Source: Coriobacteriia bacterium (lineage in GTDB: Bacteria > Actinomycetota > Coriobacteriia > Coriobacteriales > Eggerthellaceae). From it: a stretch of 39,655 nucleotides of DNA. Location of the stretch: assembly GCA_030525445.1 (NCBI GenBank), contig JAUNEQ010000002.1, forward strand, positions 1 to 39,655, read 5' to 3'. This document shows positions 8,678-17,118 of this stretch, one piece after another. Position numbers and translations under genes: made by a program. The notes beneath the pieces are model-generated. The model was not told where the DNA came from and searched no databases. It saw only the letters and a list, made by a program, of their open reading frames with translations. The stretch's first letter is position 1. Each line of letters starts with the position of its first letter.

Positions 8678-9100
8678 ATGGCTAACATCGCAACCGAATT
8701 CAAGGAGTTCATTGCTCGCGGCAACATGATGGACATGGCTGTCGGCATCATCATCGGCGGCGCGTTCACGGCCATTGTGAACTCGCTGGTCGGCAATATC
8801 ATCGAGCCCCTTATCGCCGTAATCGCCGGCGGCTCCGCCACCGAGGTTTCCGGCCTCGTGGTCCCCGGCACCGAGATCGACTTCGGCGCCTTCATCAGCG
8901 CCTGCATCAACTTCCTCATCATCGCCATCGTGGTGTTCTGCCTCATCAAGGGCCTGAACAGCCTCAAGGCCGCCACCGATAAGGCCATGGGCAAGGAGAA
9001 GGAAGAGGAAGCCCCCGCGCGCACCTGCCCGTTCTGCTTCGAGGAAATCCACGACGAGGCCACCCGTTGCCCGCATTGCACGGCTGAGCTGAACGCGTAA
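8678..9100 (+). CDS. mscL: large-conductance mechanosensitive channel with a C-terminal CxxC...CxxC zinc-ribbon tail
   Basis: The N-terminus FKEFIARGNMMDMAVGIIIGGAFTAIVNSLV and two TM helices are typical of MscL. The tail reads CPFCFEEIHDEATRCPHC. Confidence 0.9.
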   Translation: MANIATEFKEFIARGNMMDMAVGIIIGGAFTAIVNSLVGNIIEPLIAVIAGGSATEVSGLVVPGTEIDFGAFISACINFLIIAIVVFCLIKGLNSLKAATDKAMGKEKEEEAPARTCPFCFEEIHDEATRCPHCTAELNA

Positions 9101-9120
9101 TCACGCTTCACATGCGAACG

Positions 9121-9146
9121 AAAAGAGGGCTTCGGCCCTCTTTTTT
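9121..9146 (+). terminator. intrinsic terminator of mscL
   Basis: Stem GAGGGC/GCCCTC (9125-9130 / 9135-9140), loop TTCG, then TTTTTT (9141-9146). Confidence 0.8.
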
Positions 9147-9902
9147 CTTGCCCAAAACGTGTGAGAATCCACCTGATTCCCCATCATTCTTTTTGCAATT
9201 GTTCTTATAGGGCAGCCTCGAGAATAACGCCGGGGGATACGCAACAAGAAATTAAGACTATGGTTTAGTTTGGCCTGATGAGATAAATACGGACCGGAGA
9301 AAGCCACAGGGGGGGTAATGAAAAGGCTCTCTCCAGCCCGCGCGAAAATTATACACATTGCGCCATTTGTCTATGCATGAAAATATAAGACATATTCGCC
9401 CATACGTTTAATCGCGCAAGTTCTCCATAACATTCGGGCTAACCTCGCAAACTTATCCGGTAGGGAAACGATCTCGACGGCATCATTGAAGCCCATTCAT
9501 TATGCCGATGGCAATGCTTCAACCATCATTCCTGGACGCATAACCCTTCTAGCCGTCCATCCTCCACCTTTTCTTCACAGGTAGTTGTCAAACAGTTTAC
9601 AAGTTGCCAAAAACAGCCCTCACCCGCGCAAAGTACCTACAATCCTTTCTGGTACTGGCTATTGAGCCGCAGGTAAACGAACAAGAAACGATGCTCGCTT
9701 GCGGAAAAGGAAGGGGATGCATGCTGCTCGAACGAGAAGCCGCAGGATTGTGCGCCATAAGTGTATTCGCGCACGCCACCCCGCAATTCCAACTTCACCG
9801 CGTCGCAAAATGCGCGTACCATGTTCGCGACAAAAGGTAGGTACACCTAACTACTACTGGGATGCGCGTTGAGCAACCTTGCCAGACGCAACGGAGGTAA
9901 CC

Positions 9903-12812
9903 ATGAATTTCGAATATTTCAACCGTGCGCGGAATGCGACATTGGCCCTTGTTCTGGCAACGGGCCTCACCCTCCCCACCGCGGGAATCGCCTATGCCGC
10001 AGATGACGATTCGGATGACACGACGACGAAGATCAAGGACAAGCTGAACAACCTGTTCAAGGACGAAGAGGAAAGCAACGTCCCCTCGAAGTCGGAATCG
10101 GTGTACGTGTTCTCCAACGCCGATGGCTCCGTGAAAAACACGGTCGTCACCAACTGGCTGAAGAACACGAAGGAAGCGGCGAGCATTCACGATATTTCCT
10201 CGCTCACCGATATCGAGAACACCGAAGGTGAGGAAACGTTCGAGGCCAAGGGCGAAAGCCTCGTGTGGCAAGCGGACGGCAAGGACATCTACTACCAGGG
10301 CAACACCAACAAAAAGGTGCCGGTCGAGCTCAAAGTGACGTACTGGCTTGACGGCGTGGAGACCTCCGCCGCCGATATGGCCGGCAAGAGCGGGCACGTG
10401 AAGATCCGCTTCGACTACAAGAACAACTCGTATAGCACCGAATACATCGACGGCGCGGCGCGCACCGTCTATACCCCGTTCATGTGCATCACGGGTATGA
10501 TTCTGGACAACGACACCTTCAAGAACGTGAAGACCAAGCATGCCAAGAGCATGAACGACGGAGACCGCACGCTGGTGGGCGGCTATGCCCTGCCCGGCCT
10601 GCAGGAGGACCTCGACCTCGATGCGGACGACGTGGACATCCCCAGCTACTTCGAAATCGAAGCCGATGTAACCGACTTCGAGATGGGCACCACCGCGACA
10701 CTCGTGAGCACGAGCCTCATGGACAGCCTGAACACCGAAGAGATCAGCGATGACGACGTGAGCGATTCGCTGAACGAGCTGGGCGACGCCATGGGCAAGC
10801 TCATCGACGGCACAGACAAGCTGTACAAGGGTATGAAGAAGCTCGACGAGGGTGGCGAGCAATTGGCCGACGGCACCGCCAAGCTGGCCGAGAACACCCC
10901 CGCCCTGGCGGAAGGCGTGCAGCAGCTCGCCGACGGCAGCGCGCAGCTGGCTGACGGCCTTGGCGGAGCGGTCGACGGTACCCAGCAGCTCATCGCGGGC
11001 AACCAACAGGTCGATAGCGGCCTCAAGCAGCTGAAAGGCGACGAGAAGAGCGGCCTCACCTACGCCGCCAACTCCACAGATAAACTCCGCATCGGCTCCC
11101 AGACCATCGCCACGGCGCTCGACCTCCTGCGCAATGGTGGCACGGCACCCGATGGCCGCGAAAGCGGCGGTCTCATCGCCGCGGTGAACGCTTTGAGCGA
11201 TGACGGACAGGTGATGAATGGTATCGACCAGCTGCAAGCTGGCGCGAAGCAGCTCGCCGGTGGCGCCGACGCCCTCGAATCCGGGCTTGGCCAATTGCAG
11301 GGTGGGAGCAAGCAGCTGCTCACCGGGCTCCAAGCCTTGAAGAGCGGCAACGACCAGAACCCTGGCGGCCTCGAAGCCGCCTATGAGGGACTCAATAACA
11401 TGGACCTGTCAGGGCTCGAGAAAATCGAAGAGGCAAGCAAGGCCATTGCAGATGCCGCAGCACCGCTTCAGGATACGGTGCCGTCTCAACTGAGCACCGC
11501 TCAACAAGACATCGAAACCGCAACCAACTCCGTCCAGACGATGGCATCGTCTGCTCAGGCGGCTGGAGAGAGTGCCCAGGGTGCCGCCGGTGCCGCGCAA
11601 AGCGCTGGTGATGCAGCTGGGAATGCCGCCTCGAGCGCAGAAAATGCGGCAGCAGCCGCGAGTGACCTCGCCGCCGCACTCGACGGGGTTGACCTTTCCG
11701 GCCTCTCCGAAAAAGACCAGGAAACCGTCAAGCAGGCATTCTCGAATGCGACATCAGCTGCTTCCGATGCCGCACAGAGCAGCGCCGATGCGGCAAGTGC
11801 CGCAGCAGAGGCCGCCCAGCAAGCCGGCGCCGCGGCATCAGATGCCGGCGCTACCGCAACCGCAGCCGGCGAGGTTGGAAATGGCGCAGCAGACGCATTG
11901 ACCAACACGGGGAAAGCGCTGCAAGATACCGCAACCGCAGCTCAAACAACCGGTAAAGCCCTGCAGGATATCCAGCAGGCAAGCGGCAACATCGACGTGG
12001 CGGCCATTTCCGCAGGCGTCGAGCAGCTCAAAACCGGGTTAGGAGCAGCCGTCACCGCACTCGGCGATGAGGCAACAAGCGGCACGCTCATCAACGGGGC
12101 GGCCACCATTGCCGGCGGTTTGGGCAACGCCAAGGATGGCGCCACCAGCCTGAAGGACGGCGGCACCGCACTTGATAGCGGGCTCGACGACCTCAAGGAC
12201 GGCCTCGCACTGCTCCGTACTGGCAATTCAAAGCAAACCGGCCTGCAAGACGCCGTCGACTCGCTGGGCGACGAGAAAACCGATGGAACCCTTATCAACG
12301 GATCCACGCAGGTCACAAACGGACTCTCTGCCCTGGGAAGCGGCTTGGGCGATGCCGTGAACGCCTTGGGCAGCGCTCAAGACAAGAACACCTTGCTCTA
12401 TGGCACCAACGCACTTGATTCGGGATTGAAGGAGCTCAAGGGCGGGCTGGGCAACGCATCGGGTGGTGCCACACAGCTCGCCGACGGGCTTTCCGAGCTT
12501 AACGACAGCGTCCCCGAGCTGGCCGCAGGCATCAAGGCGCTGAAGGAGGGCTCCGAGCAGCTTTCCGACGGCATCGATGCCGCCACCAAGGGCACGAAGA
12601 AGCTCAAGGAAGGCCTCGAGACCTTCAACGAAGAGGGCATCCAGAAGATCATCGATGCCTATAACGACAATATCGCCGGTTTGGTCGACCGCCTGAAGGC
12701 AACCGCCGTGGCGGGCCAGGCCTACGACACTTTCACCGGCAAGAGCGACGATATGGAAGGCAGCGTGAAGTTCATCTACGAAACCGACCCCATCGAGATT
12801 GACGAGGACTAG
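9903..12812 (+). CDS. secreted xxxLxxG heptad-repeat protein (YhgE/Pip-like repeat architecture)
   Basis: Signal peptide (LALVLATGLTLPTAGIAYA/ADDD), then about 900 aa. There are many Leu-x-x-Gly heptads (QLADGTAKLAEN, QLADGSAQLADGLGG, LDSGLDDLKDGL, LDSGLKELKGGL). A central Ala/Ser/Gln low-complexity tract is present and no C-terminal TM helix is evident. GGAGG precedes ATG 9903. Confidence 0.7.
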   Translation: MNFEYFNRARNATLALVLATGLTLPTAGIAYAADDDSDDTTTKIKDKLNNLFKDEEESNVPSKSESVYVFSNADGSVKNTVVTNWLKNTKEAASIHDISSLTDIENTEGEETFEAKGESLVWQADGKDIYYQGNTNKKVPVELKVTYWLDGVETSAADMAGKSGHVKIRFDYKNNSYSTEYIDGAARTVYTPFMCITGMILDNDTFKNVKTKHAKSMNDGDRTLVGGYALPGLQEDLDLDADDVDIPSYFEIEADVTDFEMGTTATLVSTSLMDSLNTEEISDDDVSDSLNELGDAMGKLIDGTDKLYKGMKKLDEGGEQLADGTAKLAENTPALAEGVQQLADGSAQLADGLGGAVDGTQQLIAGNQQVDSGLKQLKGDEKSGLTYAANSTDKLRIGSQTIATALDLLRNGGTAPDGRESGGLIAAVNALSDDGQVMNGIDQLQAGAKQLAGGADALESGLGQLQGGSKQLLTGLQALKSGNDQNPGGLEAAYEGLNNMDLSGLEKIEEASKAIADAAAPLQDTVPSQLSTAQQDIETATNSVQTMASSAQAAGESAQGAAGAAQSAGDAAGNAASSAENAAAAASDLAAALDGVDLSGLSEKDQETVKQAFSNATSAASDAAQSSADAASAAAEAAQQAGAAASDAGATATAAGEVGNGAADALTNTGKALQDTATAAQTTGKALQDIQQASGNIDVAAISAGVEQLKTGLGAAVTALGDEATSGTLINGAATIAGGLGNAKDGATSLKDGGTALDSGLDDLKDGLALLRTGNSKQTGLQDAVDSLGDEKTDGTLINGSTQVTNGLSALGSGLGDAVNALGSAQDKNTLLYGTNALDSGLKELKGGLGNASGGATQLADGLSELNDSVPELAAGIKALKEGSEQLSDGIDAATKGTKKLKEGLETFNEEGIQKIIDAYNDNIAGLVDRLKATAVAGQAYDTFTGKSDDMEGSVKFIYETDPIEIDED

Positions 12813-12884
12813 CGTCACCGCACTCGTCATGAGGGCCGTCGCCGGTTCGCCGGCACCCGATGGCACGCATACGCAGGAATAGAC

Positions 12885-15008
12885 ATGTACAAATTCGGAG
12901 AACTCGTTGTAAAACTCAGGATACCCATCCTCGTGGTGGCGTTGCTGCTGGTCATCCCTTCGGCCATCGCCTACTTGCACACGCCTGTGAACTATGACTT
13001 GCTCACCTACCTCCCCGAGCAAATCGACACGGTGAAGGGCCAGGAGATCCTGAAGGAGGACTTTGGCAAGAGCGCATTCTCGCTCATCGTCACCGAAGGG
13101 CTCAATGACCACGAGGTCGCCGAACTCACCGACAAGATCAAAGAGGTCCACACGGTCGCATCGGCCCTGAGCTACGGCGAAATAGCCGACAGCACGACCG
13201 TTCCCGAACAGGCCATCCCCAAGCAATATCTCGAGAAGCTCAAGAACGGCGACGCGCAGATGATCGCCGTCTTCTTCGAAGAAGGCACGTCGGCGGAAAA
13301 CACGCTGAATGCCGTCGCCGAGATTCGCACACTCGCCGACGAGAACGTCTACGTAAGCGGCATGAGCGCGTTCGTGCTCGACCTGAAGGACATCGCCGAC
13401 CACGAAGAGCCGTTCTACGTCGCGGTCGCGGTCCTGTGCTCCATCATCTTGCTGCTGCTGTGCACCGACACGTTCTTGGCGCCGTTCGTCTTCCTGCTGA
13501 GCATCGGCATCGCCATCATCTACAACATGGGCACGAACTATTTCCTGGGCGAGATGTCATACGTCACCAAGGCGCTCGCCGCCGTGCTGCAGCTGGCCGT
13601 GACCATGGACTTCTCCATCTTCCTGTGGTCGAGTTTCGAGGAGAACATCCGCAAATACGACGACCACGACGAGGCCATGGCAAAATCCATCGAGGAAACC
13701 CTCGTGGCCATTTTGAGCTCGTCCATGACCGCAACCGCAGGCTTCTTGGCGATGGTCTTCATGTCGTTCACGCTGGGCACGAACCTGGGCATCGTCATGG
13801 CAAAGGGCTGCATCCTCGGCGTCATCGGCACGGTCACGATTCTGCCGTCGCTCATCCGCACGTTCGAGAAGCCCATGCTCAAGCTCTCGCACCGCCGCCT
13901 CATCCCCGATGTGAGCGGACTCGCGCATATCATCACGAAGAAGCCGGCCGTGGTTGTGTTCATGTGCCTGGCCGTGGTGCTCGTGTTCCCGTCCGTCTAC
14001 GGCTTCCTGAACAAGCCGGTGTATTACGACTTCACGAACATGGTCATCGGCCCGGGCAGCACGCTCACCGACGAGGAAACGCAATTCAACGTGGCCAATA
14101 AGAAGCTCAAGGAAGACTTCGACGTCGCGACCACCGAGATGATCCTCGCGAGCGCCGACATCCCCCACGCCCAAGGCAAGGAGATGATCAACCGCATCCG
14201 CGACCTCGACGGCGTGGCATACGTCATCGGCTACGACGCGTTCAAGGGCGGATTGATGCCCGACCAGATGATGCCCAGCAAGCTCAAGGACAACCTCATA
14301 AGCAACGGCGAACAGCTCATCCTCATCAATTCCACGTTCGACGTGTCATCGGATGAGGTGAACAACCAGATCGAGCAGATCAACGGCATCATCAAGGAGT
14401 ATGACGAGAACGCCATGCTCATCGGCGAGGCGCCCGCCACAAAGGACCTCACGGAAATCATGGATCACGACTTCATGGTTGTCGACGCGCTCGCGATCAT
14501 CGCCATCCTGCTCATTATCATGGTCGCGTTCCGCTCCATCACGCTGCCGTTCATCTTGGTGCTCGTCATCGAGCTCGCCATCATGATCAACCTCGGCCTG
14601 CCCTACTGGACGAACGACGTGATGTGCTTCATCTCGCCCATTTGCATCTCGACGATCCAGCTGGGCTCCACCGTGAACTACGCCATCCTCATGACCACGC
14701 GCTACAAGCGCGAACGCGCAAGCGGCCTGCAGAAGCGCGAAGCGGTGGAAACGGCATTCCGGATGACTTTCCCCGCGGTCGTGACGAGCGGCATGTCGTT
14801 CTTCGCCGCGACCATCGGCGTTTCGTTCGCGGCGCGCATGGGCCTCATCAGCCAACTCTGCGGCCTCATGGCACGCGGCGCGTTCATCTCCACGCTGTGC
14901 GTGCTGTTCATCCTGCCGGCATTCTTCATGGTGTTCGACAAGGTCATCGTGAAGACGAGCCACGGCTTCAAGCCCAAGGCCTCCAAGCTCGCAACGCAGC
15001 AGGCGTAG
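12885..15008 (+). CDS. MMPL-family (RND superfamily) membrane transporter
   Basis: 707 aa with two multi-TM bundles, each preceded by a large soluble loop. The N-terminus MYKFGELVVKLRIPILVVALLLV...YDLLTYLP is typical of MMPL exporters. It starts 72 nt downstream of the repeat protein. Confidence 0.85.
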   Translation: MYKFGELVVKLRIPILVVALLLVIPSAIAYLHTPVNYDLLTYLPEQIDTVKGQEILKEDFGKSAFSLIVTEGLNDHEVAELTDKIKEVHTVASALSYGEIADSTTVPEQAIPKQYLEKLKNGDAQMIAVFFEEGTSAENTLNAVAEIRTLADENVYVSGMSAFVLDLKDIADHEEPFYVAVAVLCSIILLLLCTDTFLAPFVFLLSIGIAIIYNMGTNYFLGEMSYVTKALAAVLQLAVTMDFSIFLWSSFEENIRKYDDHDEAMAKSIEETLVAILSSSMTATAGFLAMVFMSFTLGTNLGIVMAKGCILGVIGTVTILPSLIRTFEKPMLKLSHRRLIPDVSGLAHIITKKPAVVVFMCLAVVLVFPSVYGFLNKPVYYDFTNMVIGPGSTLTDEETQFNVANKKLKEDFDVATTEMILASADIPHAQGKEMINRIRDLDGVAYVIGYDAFKGGLMPDQMMPSKLKDNLISNGEQLILINSTFDVSSDEVNNQIEQINGIIKEYDENAMLIGEAPATKDLTEIMDHDFMVVDALAIIAILLIIMVAFRSITLPFILVLVIELAIMINLGLPYWTNDVMCFISPICISTIQLGSTVNYAILMTTRYKRERASGLQKREAVETAFRMTFPAVVTSGMSFFAATIGVSFAARMGLISQLCGLMARGAFISTLCVLFILPAFFMVFDKVIVKTSHGFKPKASKLATQQA

Positions 15009-15029
15009 CGGTCTCACGCCAATAAGCAC

Positions 15030-15067
15030 GAGGCGCTCCGGGAATCCCGGAGCGCCTCTTCGTTTTT
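15030..15067 (+). terminator. intrinsic terminator after the MMPL gene
   Basis: Perfect 13-bp stem GAGGCGCTCCGGG/CCCGGAGCGCCTC, loop AAT, then TTCGTTTTT. It lies between convergent genes. Confidence 0.8.
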
Positions 15068-15080
15068 ATGGGGTGAAAGG

Positions 15081-15767
15081 TTAATCCTCTACCTCGACCC
15101 AAGCGGTCACTGGGCCGCTGTCGATTCCCGTCGCGCGCAGCGGAATCGACGCCGCGCGTAGCAAGCGGGCATCCGCGGGAATGCCCGCCAAGGTGGCGTC
15201 CTCGATGACGCAAATGTATTCGCTCGTGTATGCACCCAGCAACCACCGGTGCGCCTCGATGCCATCGCCGCTTTTGTCGGACGCGTTCCCAAGCGACTGG
15301 GAATCGAGGCAGACCGTCTTCAGCGTGCCGCCGAAGGTCTTCACGAGGTATGCGCAGCCGCGCGAACTGATTGCAGGGCTTTCCATCTGGTATTTCTTGG
15401 GGTCGGGTGCGCGGTGTTGCTCGAATCCCGTGCGGATCATGAGAAAGTCGCACTGGCCAATGGCCTCTTCGTGCGGCATGAAATCTTCGGGCTCCAGAAG
15501 CTCGCAACTGCCCTTCGGGATATCCAGCAGCAGCGGCGCATCGTAGAAGAACCGGTCGAATGGCATCTGCGCGATGGCGGGTCCGTTCGCGTTGAAGTGC
15601 CACGGCGCATCGATGTGCGTTCCGTAGTGTTCATGCATGCGGACAATGCACGAATTGTTGATGTCACCGTTCGCCATCGCGCGAACGCGTTCGATCTCGT
15701 AGATCTCGTTCCCCGGCCACCCCGGTGCACCCGCCTCGATGGGGTAAGAAATGAGCAGACGCTTCAT
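15081..15767 (-). CDS. cyclase-family protein (arylformamidase / kynurenine formamidase-like fold)
   Basis: HxGTHxDxPxH motif present as HEHYGTHIDAPWH; 228 aa. Confidence 0.82.
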   Translation of the reverse strand: MKRLLISYPIEAGAPGWPGNEIYEIERVRAMANGDINNSCIVRMHEHYGTHIDAPWHFNANGPAIAQMPFDRFFYDAPLLLDIPKGSCELLEPEDFMPHEEAIGQCDFLMIRTGFEQHRAPDPKKYQMESPAISSRGCAYLVKTFGGTLKTVCLDSQSLGNASDKSGDGIEAHRWLLGAYTSEYICVIEDATLAGIPADARLLRAASIPLRATGIDSGPVTAWVEVED

Positions 15768-15783
15768 CCCGACTCCTCTCGAA

Positions 15784-15826
15784 ACCTATCACGGGGACAG
15801 TCACCCTGATAGGCTTTCTCGGCAAA
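15784..15826 (-). promoter_or_regulatory. conserved palindromic motif, copy A, 16 nt upstream of the cyclase start codon
   Basis: The plus strand reads ACCTATCACGGGGACAGTCACCCTGATAGGCTTTCTCGGCAAA. It is nearly identical to 30863-30903, which lies upstream of the SRAP gene. A related short palindrome CCCTATGATAGGG is at 15836-15848. Confidence 0.45.
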
Positions 15827-16087
15827 CCTTTCGCTCCCTATGATAGGGCTTCTGTTTCGCGGGGCACGATGAAACATTTCTCCCCCGTTTTCATCGTTTA
15901 ACCGCATATTTATACCGTTCAACTTCGACAAATGACCACTTAACAACGCCTGCCGACCTAATTGTTAATTCGCGGATTGGCTATGCTCCCATTCCATGGA
16001 AGTATGTATTATTGAGTCGTGAATCGGCCGCAAGTATGGGAACCGACCGCTTCGCATAGTTCATCCATTCATGATTGGAGGATTCGA

Positions 16088-16873
16088 ATGTTCGATTTCA
16101 CTGGCAAGGTTGTTGCAGTAACTGGTGCTTCTTCTGGCCTGGGCAAGCAGATGGCCGAAGGCTACGCCCAGCAGGGCGCCAACCTCGTTCTCCTGGCTCG
16201 CCGCGTTGAGCGCCTCGAGGCTAGCGCGAAGGAATTCAGCGAGAAGTACGGCGTTGAGGTTCTGCCCGTTGGCTGCGACGTTACCGACGAGGCTTCCATC
16301 GATGCCGCCCTGGCTGCCATCGACGAGAAGTTCGGCCATTGCGAGGTCCTTCTGAACTCCGCAGGCGGCGAGGCCGGCACCGGCACCAAGCTCGTCGACT
16401 TCAAGCGCGAGGACTGGGACTTCACGATGAACCTCGACCTCACCTCCATCTTCACCATGTGCAAGAAGGTCGCTGGCTACATGCAGAAGAACATCGAGGC
16501 CGGCAAGCAGACCTACGGCCGCCTCATCAACATCGCCTCCATCTACGGCCTGGTCGGCAACACCGCCATCCCGACCATCGCCTACCATGCCTCCAAGGGC
16601 GCTGTCGTGAACTTCACCCGTGGCGCCGCTGCCGAGCTTGCTCCCACCGGCATCACCGTGAACGCCATCTGCCCGGGCTACTTCTACACCGAGCTCACCA
16701 CCGAGACGCTGGATTCCGAGTACTTCCAGCAGTTCGCCAAGAACACCGTCCCGATGCAGCGCTACGGCCAGGGCGGCGAGCTCAACGCCGCTGCCGTGTT
16801 CCTGGGCTCCGAAGAGGCCAGCTACGTCACCGGCCAGGCAATCGCCGTCGACGGTGGCTACACCTGCGTGTAA
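16088..16873 (+). CDS. SDR-family oxidoreductase
   Basis: TGASSGLG Rossmann motif, NSAG, and catalytic YHASK (YxxxK). ATG 16088 follows GGAGG. Confidence 0.9.
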   Translation: MFDFTGKVVAVTGASSGLGKQMAEGYAQQGANLVLLARRVERLEASAKEFSEKYGVEVLPVGCDVTDEASIDAALAAIDEKFGHCEVLLNSAGGEAGTGTKLVDFKREDWDFTMNLDLTSIFTMCKKVAGYMQKNIEAGKQTYGRLINIASIYGLVGNTAIPTIAYHASKGAVVNFTRGAAAELAPTGITVNAICPGYFYTELTTETLDSEYFQQFAKNTVPMQRYGQGGELNAAAVFLGSEEASYVTGQAIAVDGGYTCV

Positions 16874-16898
16874 GTTTTCAATCACACGAAAACGTTCG

Positions 16899-16933
16899 AA
16901 GGGGGGTCGGAGTTTTCTCCGACCCCCCTTTTT
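16899..16933 (+). terminator. intrinsic terminator of the first SDR gene
   Basis: 12-bp stem GGGGGGTCGGAG/CTCCGACCCCCC, loop TTTT, then TTTTT. Confidence 0.85.
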
Positions 16934-16940
16934 CGTCCTG

Positions 16941-17043
16941 GATGAGACAGCCGACCCCGGAGGAAACGAGACACCCATACAGGCCAACAAGCATGTGGCT
17001 ATTTCAAGGGCGTCTCATTTCCTCCGGGGTCGGCTGTCTCATC
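16941..17043. repeat. 32-bp inverted repeat (31 of 32 matching) with a 39-nt centre, between two terminators
   Basis: 16941-16972 (GATGAGACAGCCGACCCCGGAGGAAACGAGAC) pairs with 17012-17043 (GTCTCATTTCCTCCGGGGTCGGCTGTCTCATC). Confidence 0.88.
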
Positions 17044-17063
17044 CCGCACATCCTCCCCAGCAT

Positions 17064-17100
17064 GCAAAAGGCGGGCTCCGGATTCATCCGGAGCCCGCCT
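17064..17100 (-). terminator. intrinsic terminator of the second SDR gene
   Basis: Stem GGCGGGCTCCGG/CCGGAGCCCGCC (17070-17081 / 17088-17099). On the minus strand it is followed by UUUUG. Confidence 0.75.
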
Positions 17101-17118
17101 GCTATCGCAGAACGTTGT

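Noticed and set aside
9590-9680. c-di-GMP-I (GEMM) riboswitch suggested by CGCAAAG followed by a GTACC/GGTAC hairpin
   Set aside because: The first hairpin with a GNRA tetraloop and the GGCAAACC block are missing. The resemblance rests on one short motif.
9795-11333. 512-aa minus-strand ORF, plus several 60-140-aa ORFs overlapping the heptad-repeat gene
   Set aside because: They are antisense to a gene that has a signal peptide, an RBS and a coherent repeat architecture. Their composition is that of a GC-rich antisense frame.
11400-12000. Possible DNA tandem repeat or CRISPR-like periodicity in the Ala/Ser/Gln-rich tract
   Set aside because: The repetition is at the amino-acid composition level, inside an intact reading frame. 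There are no exact direct DNA repeats with unique spacers.
15081-15767. Calling the cyclase-family gene kynB and linking it to tryptophan catabolism because the trp operon is nearby
   Set aside because: It is 6.6 kb and several unrelated operons away from trp. No kynurenine-pathway partners are present, and the HxGTHxDxPxH motif defines only the broad family.
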